A stretch of DNA of 64,000 nucleotides from Rebecca billardiae RCC1528 (GCA_965240325.2 OZ251222.1:4712001-4776000); one strand, 5' to 3'. Positions 21,701 to 33,708 are shown, counted from the stretch's first letter. Notes: generated from the sequence alone by a model not told the origin. Numbers and translations: made by a program.

Positions 21701-23486
21701 TGCTCACCTTTGTGCGCACGCTCGTGTTCACGTTCACCGGGCTGCGCGCGTCCAACCGGCTGCACGAGCGCCTGTCGCACGTCGTGATGCAGGGCACGAT
21801 GGCCTTCTTCGACACGACGCCGCTCGGCCGCATCATCGCGCGCTTCGCGACGGACATGAACAAGATCGACGAGACGCTGCCGCACGCCGTGGAGATCGCG
21901 CTCTTCTGCGTCTTCTCCGTCGTGGCGACGTTCCTCGTGATCTCGGTCGTGACGCCTTGGTTCCTGCTCGCGGCCGCGCCCATCCTGTACGTCTACTTCC
22001 GCGTGCAGACCTACTTCAAGAAGACGGCGCTCGACCTGAAGCGGCTGGACCAGCAGGCGCGCGGCCCGCTCTACTCCTTCTTCTCCGAGACGCTCGCCGG
22101 GCTCGCCTCGATCCGCGCGTTCGCGCGGCAGGACACGTTCGCCTCGAGCATGGAGGCGCGGATCGACAACTCGACGCGCGCGCTGTGGGCGCAGAAGATG
22201 ATCGAGCGCTGGCTCTCGCTGCGGCTCGAGGCGCTGGGCAACGCGGTGATCGGCGCGTCGGCGGTGGCGGGCGTGTTCGCGCAGGACACGTACCCCGGGC
22301 TGATCGGCCTCTCGCTCGCCTACTCGTTCCGCGCGACCGGGCTGATGACGTTCATGGTGCGGCAGGTGACGGAGGCGCAGACGCAGATGACCGCGTCCGA
22401 GCAGATCCTCATCTACGTCAACACGGTCGACACGGAGGCGTCGATCACGGAGGAGACGACGGCGGCGCTCGCGGCGCGCTCGCGCGGCGGGCTGCTCACG
22501 TCGAAGGCGGACAAGCACGCCGGCCGCGCGGCGCAGCACCGCGCCACCAACACCGCGCTCACCGAGATTGCAAAGCGCTCGCGCGAGTGGCTGCAGCGCG
22601 GGGAGGTGGCGTTCGAGGCGGTGTCGATGCGCTACCGGCCGGGCCTCGAGCTCGTGCTGCAGGAGGTCTCGTTCACGATCCCGGCGGGCGCGAAGGTGGG
22701 CGTGGTCGGCCGCACCGGCTCGGGCAAGTCGTCCACCATGCTGCTGCTCATGCGCATGGTCGAGCCCGCGGCGGGCGCGATCAAGATCGACGGGCGCGAC
22801 ATCGCGTCGCTCAGCCTCGAGCAGCTGCGCGGCGCCATCTCGATGATCCCGCAGGACCCGGTGCTCTTCTCCGGCACGGTGCGCTCGAACCTCGACCCGT
22901 TCGACCTGCACGCGGACGAGCGGGTGTGGACGGTGCTCGAGCGCGTGCAGCTCGCCGCCGCCGTGCGCGCGATGGGCGGGCTCGAGGCGGAGGTCGCCGA
23001 GTACGGCGAGAACTTCTCGGTGGGGCAGCGCCAGCTGATCTGCCTCGCGCGCGCGCTGCTGCGCGAGGGCAAGATCCTGCTCATGGACGAGGCAACCAGC
23101 TCCGTCGGTGCGCGCGGCGCGCGCGCGCGCGGCGGCGGCCCCCGCGCGCGAGCCGGCGCTGACCCTGCCTCCCCCGCGCCGCGCCCGCCGCGCGCACAGA
23201 CTACGAGACCGACCAGCTGATCCAGACGCTGATCCGCAAGGAGTTTGCGAAGGCAACAGTGATCACGATCGCGCACCGGCTCAACACGATCATCGACTCG
23301 GACAAGATCCTCGTGCTCTCCGACGGCCGGCGCGCCGAGTATGACGCGCCGCACGTGCTGCTCAGGAACGAGCCGTCGGACAGCGGCGCGGGCATCCTGA
23401 GCAAGCTCGTCAACGAGACTGGCCAGCAGTCGGCAGCGCACCTGCGTCAGGTCGCACAGGCCGCACACGCGCAATCTCAGCAGTGA
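18735..23486 (+). CDS. ABCC/MRP-type ABC transporter (TMD-NBD-TMD-NBD); introns 19217-19349, 19993-20139, 23108-23199
   Basis: [32 protein letters not shown]; DEATSSV|DYETD after splicing; two TM bundles. Confidence 0.95.
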
Positions 23487-25049
23487 TCTTATTTCGACGA
23501 ACTTTCGAATAAGGCCGTCCGCCATCGCTGCTGTCGTCCGTTGATGATGTCGTATAGTCGCTATTGCGTCGTTAGCTCAGGCCTCAGCAGCACGCAGTGA
23601 CACGCGTCCGGTCCGCACCGGCACCGAGTCGTAGTCGGCGTGCAAGGCTACAAGCACGGCGGCCGGCGAGCTGCAGACCGGCGCCGCTGGGCCGCCGGCT
23701 TGGAGTTGGAGTTGGGATGGCTGCGTCATCAAGCGACGTTATTCGTACGTACGCCGTCCGGACCCGGGGCGAGCCGAATGACTATACTACTACGACCTGC
23801 GACTCTATATATATATATATATATCATCATCAGAACATTGTAGTCCGAGCAGCCTATCTAGCAGTTAGTCGTCACTGGACGATGGCCTGATTGGTGGCAG
23901 TGATCAGTGCCGGCGAGTACTCGGACTCGGTACGGACGAGTACTCGTCTGGCACCGTGCCGCGTGCGGCCTGAAGCGTAGTCGTGCCCGACGACTAGTTT
24001 GAGAGTATCATGGTCGTCTAGAAAGAAGGAAGCAATCAGATGATGTGCAATCGAGTCCGTACCGCGCCGCCCGGCGAAAGCCAGCCTCGCCGACCCCACC
24101 ACAATGGCACAAAGGTCGGCGCGCCGCGCGCAGTCAGATGTCCGCGTCGGCCACGGATTGGCGGCTGCTCGTCAGCCCGCCTTCGGCCGTTTCCGCTCAC
24201 CTGAGGCCTCGTCGGAGCGCACGTCGCTACACTCGTAGTGTAGGCGCGCGAAGCCGGACCCTGTGCGTCACCGACGCGTGCAGGGCCGAGCTGCTCGCGG
24301 CCGCCTTCTGGCAACGCAGTCGGCGCAGGCGCGCAGCCGGGCTGGGTTCCGTACTTGTGCAGGCGCGCCCTCTCCACGCTGGACGACTAGCGGCCGTCGC
24401 CGCTGCGGAGGCTTGCAAGCGTCGACCGCATCATTATATTCTGCAGCCCGCGTGGCGAGTTCGCGTGGGTACGCCGCACGACCTTGATGAACCTCAGAAC
24501 CTGGGCCCCGCCGGCCGCCGGCCGCCGGCCGGGAGCCCGGGAGATTTTCGATCAAGAGGGGCTGCCGGTTGATGGACGAGTGATTGACGACAAGTTCGAT
24601 CATCAGAACATTTTGAATTTTAGTAATTAGGACCAATATTATAAGCAGATTCGTCTATCGCTTCGTTTGTGATTCATTAGATAATCGGGTCGACACACAT
24701 ATATATACTAACGACGTGGTATACATATACATTACGGCCCGCCATATAGTAACTCATTAACGTAGCGACGACGATTATCAATGGTCGGTTGGCGGTTGCT
24801 TGATTTTCCCGGTGGGGATGGACAGATGCATCGGTTCGCGATTCACCCACAGTTGCCCTCCGGCTGATTCGATTGGCCGTCGGCCACCTAGCCCGTGAAT
24901 CGAGCTTCGGAGATTCCACAAGCTGGGAGCCAGACTTTGATCTGGGGTAGACAGGTTATGAAACACCCTCACCCCCTGTCCACAAGCCAGGGGCCGGCTT
25001 GGGCGCGAGCAACCTCACTCTTTGGATCGTGCGAGGCGAGGCGCCAGGC

Positions 25050-28000
25050 ATGCGCGCTGTCGACGAGGGCGCGTCGGCGCCCGACCCTCCGACTGAGCTG
25101 CACGGCCTCCTGCCGGGCGAGACGTTCATCACCGCGCTCGAGCGCAAGCACGTCGGCGTCGTCGTTGTGGCCGGCGCCGTCGCCTTCTACCTCGCGGCGC
25201 TCGGCGCCTGCTTTGCGACGCTCGGCGCCGCGAGCGAGCCGCTGCTCCCGCTCGAGCGCCAAGCGGCGCAGGCCGCCGGGGCGGTGCTGGTGGTGAGCGT
25301 GGTGAGCCAGCTCGCCAGCGGCCTGCTCCCCTCTCGCCGCGGGACGCCCCGCACGATGGCTGACGTGGCGATGCTCGCGACGAGCGCGATCGCGGCCACG
25401 TCCAACCTGCTGATGGGCACGATGGACACGCCGATCCTGGTCGATCCGATCACCGGCACGTCCGAGTACATGGTGCGCTGGTGCGAGTGGACGGCGCTCG
25501 CGTTCCTCATGACCTACGTCTGCGAGGCGACGAGCGAGACCGATGCGCTGGCGCCGCTCAAGTTTGCGAGCGTGATCGGCGTCTCGGCGGGCTGCGGCGC
25601 CGTCTTCCCGTTCTGCACGAACGTGTGGGTCTGGGGGGCGGCGATGACGCTCTCGTTCGTGCTGTACTTTGGGCTCATCCCGCGCACCATGCAGTGCCGC
25701 GCCGCCTACCGCGACGCCGTGAAGGAGTGCACGTGCCCGTCGCACGTGACGAGGATTGTCGCGCACAAGACGAGCTACGACCTGGCCCTGTGCTGCTCCG
25801 TGATGTGGACGCTGATCACGCTGGACTACTGCGTGTCGTGGGCGGCGGCGGTGTACCAGGGCGAGGCGTACGGCACCGGCGCGGCGCGCCCGCAGTGGCC
25901 CTTCATCGCCGACTGCGTCCTCGACGTGGCGGCGAAGCTGCTGTACGCGCGCGTGATCGCGCGCGCGCACGAGCACGTGCCGCGCGAGTCGCAGCGGCAG
26001 CAGGTGCGCTGGATCCGAGAGGCGATGGACACGGTGTGGGCGGGCGCGCAGGACGCGGTGATCCTCTCGGAGATGCGACACGGCGGCCGCTCCGCGCGCA
26101 CCATCGCCTCCAAGGGCCTCGCCCGCCTCGTCGGCCCCGACGTGGCCGATTGCTGGTCTGCGTGGCACGCCCACCCGCTCGAGTCGAGCGCTGCGCCGCG
26201 GGACGGCTCGGCCGACGCGGCGGGCCGTGACGAGCCGACGCCGATGTCCACGCCGGATGGTGTGAGCCGCTTGTCCTCCTCCCAGCAGTCCCACTCGTCC
26301 TCGCCGGCGTGCGCGAGCCGCTTCTCCCCCTCCACGTCCCCCTCGCCCCTCCACCGCTTCCACTCGGCGGGCAGCAAGCCCGGGTACGCGCTGTCCTCGC
26401 TGAACGCCGTGTCCGAGCTGTCTGAGACGGCGAGCGTGGCGTCCATGGGCGGCGCGGCGGCCCTGCTGCCGCCGTCCAAGCAAAGCGTGCACGCGGCGCT
26501 CGAGCAGCTCGTCGTCGACGCGTGGGCGGTCGCGACGGCCGAGGGCCACACGTTCACGGTCAGCGTGCTGCCGACCGCGCGCGCGTGGGCCCCTAGCATC
26601 TCGGAGGAGGCGGAGGGCGGCGGCAGGGGCGCCGAGCCGTCCCAGGACTTGTCCTACTGGGAGGTGCAGGCGACGCGGTGCGAGCGCGAGGTGGAGGGGG
26701 CCATCGCGAGCCGACGCGCGGTGTTCCTCGTGCTCGTCGTGCGCGACATCACGCAGCGCATGCGCACGCTCGACCTCGAGACGCGCCTCGCCGCCGAGAT
26801 CGCGGAGAAGCAGGTGCTGGCGGAGGCCAACCGCTTCATGCGGCACGAGGTCAAGAACGGCGTGCTCGCCGCGATCGCGCAGTGCGAGGCGCTCGTCGAG
26901 TTCCACGTGCGCACGGAGGAGCGGTTCGAGCGCGAGGTGGCGAGCCCGCACCCGCTCGAGGAGGGGCTCGCCACCCTCGGCTCCGAGCTGCAGCGCACGC
27001 TCAACACGGTGCTCGCCGCGGCCATGTCCAAGGAGCTTGCGAACGGCGAGTACGTGCCGCGGCCCGAGGAGGTGGACGTGGGCGCGCTGCTGCAGAACAC
27101 GCTGGCCGCGGGCAAGGAGCGCTTCGAGCTGCACGTGGCGCCCTCGCCGCTGCCGCGCGTCGTGATCGACCCGCAGCTGCTCTTCTGCGTCCACCGCAAC
27201 GCCATCTCCAACGCCGTCAAGTACGGCTGCAAGTCGAGCCCGATCGAGACGCACGCGTCCGTGGCGCGCGGCACGCTGCGGCTGCGCGTGCTCAACCGGC
27301 CGGGCGCCAACCACGCGCAGCTGCTGGCGCTGCAGGAGCCGGAGGCCGTGTTCGAGCGCGGCCGCCGGCTGCACAGCGCGAGCGCCGCCGAGCAGCGCGA
27401 CCACTTCTACGACAAGGTCTCGGCGGGCGACGGCGGCTGGATCATGCGGCAGTGCGCGCGCGCGCTCGGCGGCGAGTGCTCGATCCGGTTTGAGCGCGAC
27501 GCGAGCGTCTTTGAGCTCAAGTGCCCGGTGGGCGTGGGCGCGGCGGGCGCGGCCGACGGCGCGGACGGGGCAGCCGGCGAGGCCGCGTGCGCGGAGGGCG
27601 CGGCGCCGTTCCAACTGCCCCCGGACACGCTGTGCATCGGCATCGACGACTCCAAGATGCAGCGCGTCATCCTCAAGAAGATGTTTGCCGTGCTCGGCGG
27701 CAGCGCGGAGCTCACACACGTGTTTGGCGGCACGGACGACGAGATCGTGCGCGTGTGCGAGATCGTGCTCGGGCTGGTGCGCGCGCACGCGGGCAGGCGG
27801 GTGTTCGTGATCGGCGACGAGAACCTCGACCTGACCGACGGGTGCGCGTGCACCACCGTCTCGTGCTCCGCCGCCTTCGACGAGCTGCAGGCGCAGCTGC
27901 GGCCGAACGAGCTCGCGCGCACGCTGCTCGTCATCCGCTCGGCCAACGACTCGCGCGCGGACGTGGAGCGGTACATGCGCTCGGCGCACGCGGTGCTGCC

Positions 28001-28541
28001 CAAGCGCGGCTTCGCGAAGCACACGACGATCAGCGCGGTCGCGCCCGTGTGGGCGCGCCGCTTCGGCGGCGCCGGCGCCGGCGCCGCCGTCACGGCCGCG
28101 CACGCCGAGCCGGTCGAGCCCTCGCCCTTCTCGCCGGGGCCGCGCGCTGCGGCGTGCGCGCCCGACGCGGCGGGCGCGGCGCCCGACGCTGCGGGCGCGC
28201 CCTCGCGCTCGCAGCCGGTGTGGCGCGCGTCCAACGCGACGGCGGCGGGCGAGGTGCTCGACGAGATCGCGCGCGACGTGCGCGACGTCGTGCGCGCGCT
28301 GAGCAAGGAGGTGAGCTCGGGCACGCTGCCGTGGGCAGGCGTGCGGCGCGCGCTGATCACGATCAAGGGCGAGCTGTGCAGCCTCAGCGCCGTGTGCGGC
28401 ACGGGCGAGCGGCAGGTCTCCGAGGTCGTGCGGCGCGTCGAGCAGCTGCTCGCGTACGACGAGAACACGCCCACCTTCCGCGTCGCGTGGGCGCAGGTGC
28501 TCGCCGCGGTGGACCGCGCGCTCTTCGCGATGGCGTCGTGA
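25050..28541 (+). CDS. Rhodopsin-like (8-TM) hybrid histidine kinase with PAS-like linker, HisKA, HATPase, receiver and degenerate HPt-like C-terminus
   Basis: Helix C VRWCEW, helix G LDVAAK; RDIT; RHEVKN H-box; NAISNAVKYG; GDGGWIM; IGIDD...GDENL...RSAN...PK receiver; single exon; start could be upstream (ORF open from 24999). Confidence 0.85.
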   Translation: MRAVDEGASAPDPPTELHGLLPGETFITALERKHVGVVVVAGAVAFYLAALGACFATLGAASEPLLPLERQAAQAAGAVLVVSVVSQLASGLLPSRRGTPRTMADVAMLATSAIAATSNLLMGTMDTPILVDPITGTSEYMVRWCEWTALAFLMTYVCEATSETDALAPLKFASVIGVSAGCGAVFPFCTNVWVWGAAMTLSFVLYFGLIPRTMQCRAAYRDAVKECTCPSHVTRIVAHKTSYDLALCCSVMWTLITLDYCVSWAAAVYQGEAYGTGAARPQWPFIADCVLDVAAKLLYARVIARAHEHVPRESQRQQVRWIREAMDTVWAGAQDAVILSEMRHGGRSARTIASKGLARLVGPDVADCWSAWHAHPLESSAAPRDGSADAAGRDEPTPMSTPDGVSRLSSSQQSHSSSPACASRFSPSTSPSPLHRFHSAGSKPGYALSSLNAVSELSETASVASMGGAAALLPPSKQSVHAALEQLVVDAWAVATAEGHTFTVSVLPTARAWAPSISEEAEGGGRGAEPSQDLSYWEVQATRCEREVEGAIASRRAVFLVLVVRDITQRMRTLDLETRLAAEIAEKQVLAEANRFMRHEVKNGVLAAIAQCEALVEFHVRTEERFEREVASPHPLEEGLATLGSELQRTLNTVLAAAMSKELANGEYVPRPEEVDVGALLQNTLAAGKERFELHVAPSPLPRVVIDPQLLFCVHRNAISNAVKYGCKSSPIETHASVARGTLRLRVLNRPGANHAQLLALQEPEAVFERGRRLHSASAAEQRDHFYDKVSAGDGGWIMRQCARALGGECSIRFERDASVFELKCPVGVGAAGAADGADGAAGEAACAEGAAPFQLPPDTLCIGIDDSKMQRVILKKMFAVLGGSAELTHVFGGTDDEIVRVCEIVLGLVRAHAGRRVFVIGDENLDLTDGCACTTVSCSAAFDELQAQLRPNELARTLLVIRSANDSRADVERYMRSAHAVLPKRGFAKHTTISAVAPVWARRFGGAGAGAAVTAAHAEPVEPSPFSPGPRAAACAPDAAGAAPDAAGAPSRSQPVWRASNATAAGEVLDEIARDVRDVVRALSKEVSSGTLPWAGVRRALITIKGELCSLSAVCGTGERQVSEVVRRVEQLLAYDENTPTFRVAWAQVLAAVDRALFAMAS

Positions 28542-29143
28542 CCGGCCCGAGGCTCTCACACGGCCTGTGCATGCAGCATGTACATCCGACTTCACACATC
28601 ACGCTCACTCCTCATCGACCTCATCGTCCTCCATCCTCATCCCGGCTAGGCAATTCGCGGATCGCGGGGCCGCCGCGGCGTTACTACTTCCTCTCCGCGA
28701 GTCAATGACTCTGAGCTAGTCAGCTGTCAGCGCGCACCGGCGGTTGAGCCGCCTCCGCTGACGCCGCTTCGTTCGATCAAGCATGTCGTCAGTCGTCACG
28801 GGACCCCAGTGGTAACTTGGCCCTGCCGGCTGCCGTTTGTGTGACGAGACAGTTCACGGCCTCAGCCACCGCAACGTCGTGAGTCCACGGCCCTTGGTGA
28901 GTCGTCGTGTTTCTCAACTCATCGAACGAGTGTTACTGTCATGCACAATCTCGCCTGCCTGAGCTGTGTGCGTCTCTTATTCTTAGTAAACTGTACCCCC
29001 ATACGGCGAAACTTTGGCCGCGACGCAATATGAGGGAGGACCGGCGGTTACGCGCATTTGGGCCAAATTCTAAACCGGCCCGCAAATCCGCAATCAATCG
29101 AACGGATTGAAAGCCGAGCCCTGCACTGTGCATCAGCCGGCCG

Positions 29144-29714
29144 ATGGCGCACGTCGGCCTGCTCGCTTTGTGCGCCGCGCTGGGCGCGGTGCTCGTCGGC
29201 GGCGCCGGGGCTGCCGACTGCCCGCGCTGCGCCCAGGCGGTGCACGACGTCGCGCCCGAGTCCTACTCCGCGCGCCTCGCCGACCGCTCGCTCGACGTGC
29301 TGCGCGCGGCATGCGATGCGCACAGCGGCGCGTGCGGGCTCGTCGACGCTGACGCGGCGCTCGGGGCCGTGCGCGCGGCGACGGTGCAGAGGCTGCCGCA
29401 GGCCTCGCACTTCCGGCTCGAGGCGGAGATCTCGAGCGGCGCCATCCTCGCCGTCACCGTCGCGCGCCACGCCGCGCCCTTCTGCGCGCTGATCATCGAG
29501 GGCGCGCTCGTGCGCGAGCGGCACGCGCCGGCGGTGCCGCTGCTGAGCCGCCCGGTGCTGATCGACGACGAGCACCTGGTGGACGACGGCTGCCGGAGTC
29601 GGAGTCCGCCGCCGCCGCTCCCGAGGCCGCCGCCGCCGCCGCCGCTGTCGCCGCCGCCGCACCCGCCGCCGTCCAGCCCGCCCAGCCCGCCACCGTGGCC
29701 GTCGCCGCCGAGCC

Positions 29715-29764
<50 letters not shown>

Positions 29765-31303
29765 GCGCCGCCCTCGCCGCCGCCGCCAGAGCTGGTGCTC
29801 TTCATGCTCTTCGGCTACGCGTTCGGCTGGCTCGACCTCCTCGTCCTCCTCCTCCTCCTCCTCCTCCTGCTGCTGCTGCTCTGTTGCTGCGCGCGCGCGC
29901 TGCTCCTCCGCAGCGCGCGCCGCAGCCGCGAGCGCGAGGGGTGGGCGGACTTGGCCGATGGCGGCCGCTCGCGCGCGCCGTGGTGCCCCGGGCTGCGCGC
30001 GCTCTTCTCGGGCGGCCGAGGTGGTGGCGGCCGAGCCACGAAGCGGCCCGCCGACCCCGAGCGCGCGGGCTCGCGCTGGCCCAGCTGCCCTCGGCTGCCG
30101 AGGCGGCGCCCACGCTCGCCCGCGCCGCCGGGCGGCTCCGGCTGGGCTTTGCCCTTCGGCTGGGCTCGGCCGGCCGCGTGGCCGCGCGCGCTCACGCCGG
30201 CGTGCCCGCGCATCCCGCTCTTCCGCAGGCGCGCCGCGCCCGCGGCGCGCCCGGCGAAGGTGGGCCCGGACGACGCCGCGCCGGCCGGCGGCGCGCGCCC
30301 CGCCCAGCCCGCGCGCCCGCCGCCCAGCCTCGCGTGCAAGGCGCCCATCGACGCGGTGTGCCGCTTCTCCGACTCGGACGTTGTCTTCGTGCCGGACGCG
30401 CCGCCGCTCGACTCGGCACGCGCGCGCGCAAAGGCGCTCGCGGTGGCGATGGGCAAGCCGGCCGACCGGGAGGCGACGAACGAGCTCGCCTCCGGCGGCG
30501 CGACCGCCGCGCCGTCGCAGCGCGCGCTCGCGCGCCAGCTCTCCTTTGAGCACAGCTCGACCGTGTACACGCCGAGCGAGCGCGGACGGCGGCGCGCGGG
30601 CGGCGGCGCGGGCGCGGGCCGGCCGCGGCCCGGCGCGGTGCGTGTCGGCGGCGGCGGCGGCGACTGGGCCTCTCCGCGCTCGCCGCAGCGGCGCGGCTCC
30701 GGCAGCAGCCCCGGACGCGCCAAGCAGAACGCCATGGCGGAGTCCATCCTCGCGGAGGCGCGCCGCAGGGAGGCGGAGGACGCCGCGCGCCGGCCGCGCT
30801 CGCCGCGCCGCGACAGCGTCGACAGCGCGCGCCCGCGCAGCCCGGGCGCGGGCTCCGACGGCGCGCGCAGCCCCGGCCGCGCGCACACGCCAGAGGGCGG
30901 CGGCCGGCGCGGCTCCCGCGAGTCGCCCGGGGCGCAGCGCTTGAGCCCGGCGGCTGGCGCGCAGGGCCGGCAGCCGGCGCAGCCGCCGTCGCAAGAGCGC
31001 CCGCCCTCCAGGCCGACACCGCCGCCGTCCCTGGGCTCGTCAGGGCGCTCAGGCTCGGCCACGGGCATGCCGCGCCGGCGCGGCTTCTTCGAGGCCGAGC
31101 GGCAGCCGTCCGCAGACCTCACCGACTACGCCGCCGAGCCCCCGCGGAGCGGCTCGCGCGGGCGCGCTCCGCCGCCGGCGCGCGGCGGCGACGGCAGCAG
31201 CACGTACGCGGCCGGCGCGAGCCGAGCAGGCCGCGGCCCGTCTCCCGCACCCGCTCGCAGCGGGCCCAGCGCTGGAGGCGGCCGGCGGCAGCAGATGATC
31301 TGA
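29144..31303 (+). CDS. Type I membrane protein: signal peptide, small Cys-containing ectodomain, extensin-like Pro/Ser stalk, TM, disordered Arg/Ser-rich tail
   Basis: Hydrophobic N-terminus, SPPP repeats, poly-Leu TM followed by CCC. Confidence 0.65.
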
Positions 31304-31926
31304 CCATCGCCTGCCGACGATGTGTGAGAGCGTCGCACGCCGGATCGCGACGACGCCAACGCCAACGGATGACGAGCTTTGCCGCTTTGCGCAGTCTCAG
31401 CAGCATCGACGATATGTGTACTTGTTAGCCATATATGCGCCCGCCGTCAGCCGCGCCTGGCGGTGCCAGTGATATGATTGACCGCGGCGGTAGGCGGCCG
31501 GTATATATATAGATATATATATATACAGCAGCATCGAGCTGCAGCCAGCTGACGACAGCGTTTAATAATATTATTGCTGCGCTGGTGAAATCTGCTGCTC
31601 ATCATCATTATTATAAATAACCTGGTCGCGTGATGACTAGCAGCCCGTAGCCGTCTGCTGCTAAGTACTGGCTACTACTGCGGTGAGCAGTCGTGCCTGG
31701 CGATCGTGGCCTGCGTGGCCGGCGCCATTGACGAGCTTCGTCTGCGACTCGACGACACCCGCCAGCAGTCGATGGTGATGGAGCCGGCGAGCATGATCGA
31801 TGCCCGCGCGGGCCGCCGGACCACCCCGGCTGCGGCGTGGTGGCAGCCCCAACAGTGTGCCGCGCGCCCTCGGCCAGCCAGCCCGCGCGGCACACGGTCC
31901 GCGCCGCTGCGGCGGCGGGGCGGCTC

Positions 31927-33465
31927 TCAGGCGGCCGCCAGCCGCACGCGCGCGGGGCCGGCGCGCTGCGCGAGCGTCGCCCGCTCGAAGCAGAGCGGCG
32001 GCACCGGCGGCACGGGCTCGACGCGCTCGGGCCCCGCAACGAGCAGCGCGAGCATGCACTCCATCGCGGTGAGCGCGAACCTCTCGCCCGGGCACTTGTG
32101 CACCCCGTGCGAGAAGGTGGTGAAGCTGTACTCGTCCACCGCCGCGCCCGTGTCCGCGAAGGCGAGGCGCGCGTCGGCGGGCGGCGCGCGCCACTGCGCG
32201 CGGAGCGGGTTGTACTCGGCCGCGTCCGCGCCCCACAGCCCCGCGTGCACGTTGGGCGCGACGTGCGTCACCGCAATCGTCTCGCCCGCGCGCAGCCGGT
32301 ACGCAGCGCCGTCCGCCGTGACCAGTCTGAAGCCGTGCGGCGGCATCACGGTGCGCACCGCGCCGATGGAGTGCGCGGTGAGGCGGCACGCCTCGAGGAC
32401 GCAGCGGCGCAGCGCCTCGCACCCGCGCAGCGCCGCCGCGCCCGGCTCCGCGTGCAGCCCCGCGCCCTCCGCGCGCATCCTGCGCAGCTCCTCGCCGCCC
32501 GCCTCCGCGCCGAGCAGAAACGCCTGCGCCGCGCCGATCGCAGGGTTCTTGTGCGCGGCGAAGAGCAGGCCGACGACGAGCTCGCCGCACGCGCTCGGCG
32601 GGAGGGCGGCGGCGCGGAAGGCGCGGAGCCACGGGCCGTGCCCGTCCGCCTCGCGCGCGCGCCCCACCGCCGCGCCCAGCCGCGCCACGAGCGCGCGCCG
32701 CCGCCAGCCGACCGGCCAGAGGGCCAGAGGCAGCGACAGAGCGCGCGGCAGCACCGACGCCTGGGCGATCGCCTCCTCGAGCGCGTCCTGGAAGGCCATG
32801 AAGTCGTCGATGAGCGAGGCGCCCGCCTCGAGCAGCAGCGCCGGGCCGAGCAGCCGCTCGATCATCGCGCGCAGCATGCACCGCCGCACCAGCCCGAGCA
32901 CGTCGGGCGTGCGCGCGGCCGGGCGCGCGCCGGGCGCGCGCGCTTTGCCCAGCTCGAGCCGCAGCGCGCGCCGCAGCGCGTCGTAGAGCGGCGCGACCTC
33001 GTCGACGAGCTTGGGGCCGGCGAGCATGTCCTTGAGCACCTGCTTGTGGAACCCCGTGCCCTCGAGCACGTTGTACTCGCCCAGCGCCTCGTCGAAGCCG
33101 ACCGCCTGCACCGCGCGCCGCGCGGAGAGCACAGCCTCGGGCGCGGTCGCCACCTGCGCGAGCGCGGCGCGGTCGGCGCCGACGACGACCATGCGCTTGC
33201 CCGCGAGGTTGATGCGGAAGACCGGGCCCACGCGCGCGCACTGCTCCGAGAGGAACGCCGGCGCCGACGCCTTGTACCTGAGCGCGTGCCCGAGCAGCGG
33301 CACCGCGCCCGCCGCGTCCGGCACCTCGCGCTCGTCGGCCGCGCGCAGCGGCTTGGGCGCGCGGCGCGCGGCCGAGCCGGCGACGAGGCGGGTCACGAGC
33401 CAGATCACGACGAGCACCTGCGCCGTCCCTGCGCCCATCGCCCACCAGCACCACGAGAGCGCCAT
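31927..33465 (-). CDS. Cytochrome P450 (CYP51/CYP7-clan-like)
   Basis: N-terminal anchor, VPLLGHAL, ExxR (EACRL), YNPLR, heme motif FSHGVHKCPG. Confidence 0.9.
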   Translation of the reverse strand: MALSWCWWAMGAGTAQVLVVIWLVTRLVAGSAARRAPKPLRAADEREVPDAAGAVPLLGHALRYKASAPAFLSEQCARVGPVFRINLAGKRMVVVGADRAALAQVATAPEAVLSARRAVQAVGFDEALGEYNVLEGTGFHKQVLKDMLAGPKLVDEVAPLYDALRRALRLELGKARAPGARPAARTPDVLGLVRRCMLRAMIERLLGPALLLEAGASLIDDFMAFQDALEEAIAQASVLPRALSLPLALWPVGWRRRALVARLGAAVGRAREADGHGPWLRAFRAAALPPSACGELVVGLLFAAHKNPAIGAAQAFLLGAEAGGEELRRMRAEGAGLHAEPGAAALRGCEALRRCVLEACRLTAHSIGAVRTVMPPHGFRLVTADGAAYRLRAGETIAVTHVAPNVHAGLWGADAAEYNPLRAQWRAPPADARLAFADTGAAVDEYSFTTFSHGVHKCPGERFALTAMECMLALLVAGPERVEPVPPVPPLCFERATLAQRAGPARVRLAAA

Positions 33466-33708
33466 GCTCGATCGCGCCGAGCGACGACGACGCGCGGACG
33501 CGTGTGCGGGTCGCGCCCGGAAGATGCGCCGCACGCCGCAGCTTGGTGTCTCATTGGTCGTGACTCGTGATTTCAGATTTCACCCAGCGTCTTGATCGGT
33601 CCGGCCCGCGTTCCGGCGGCACGGCCTTGGTCAGCAAAGCAAGCGAGCGCCGCACGGCGGCGCCCCGCTCGCCAAGCTCTGCTCTGCGGCGCGGCCGCGT
33701 GCGCGGCC

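Noticed and set aside
19831-28595. Very long antisense ORFs (1141 aa and 1208 aa) and many other overlapping ORFs
   Set aside because: Shadow frames of genuine genes caused by extreme GC3; Arg/Ala/Gly-rich with no motifs
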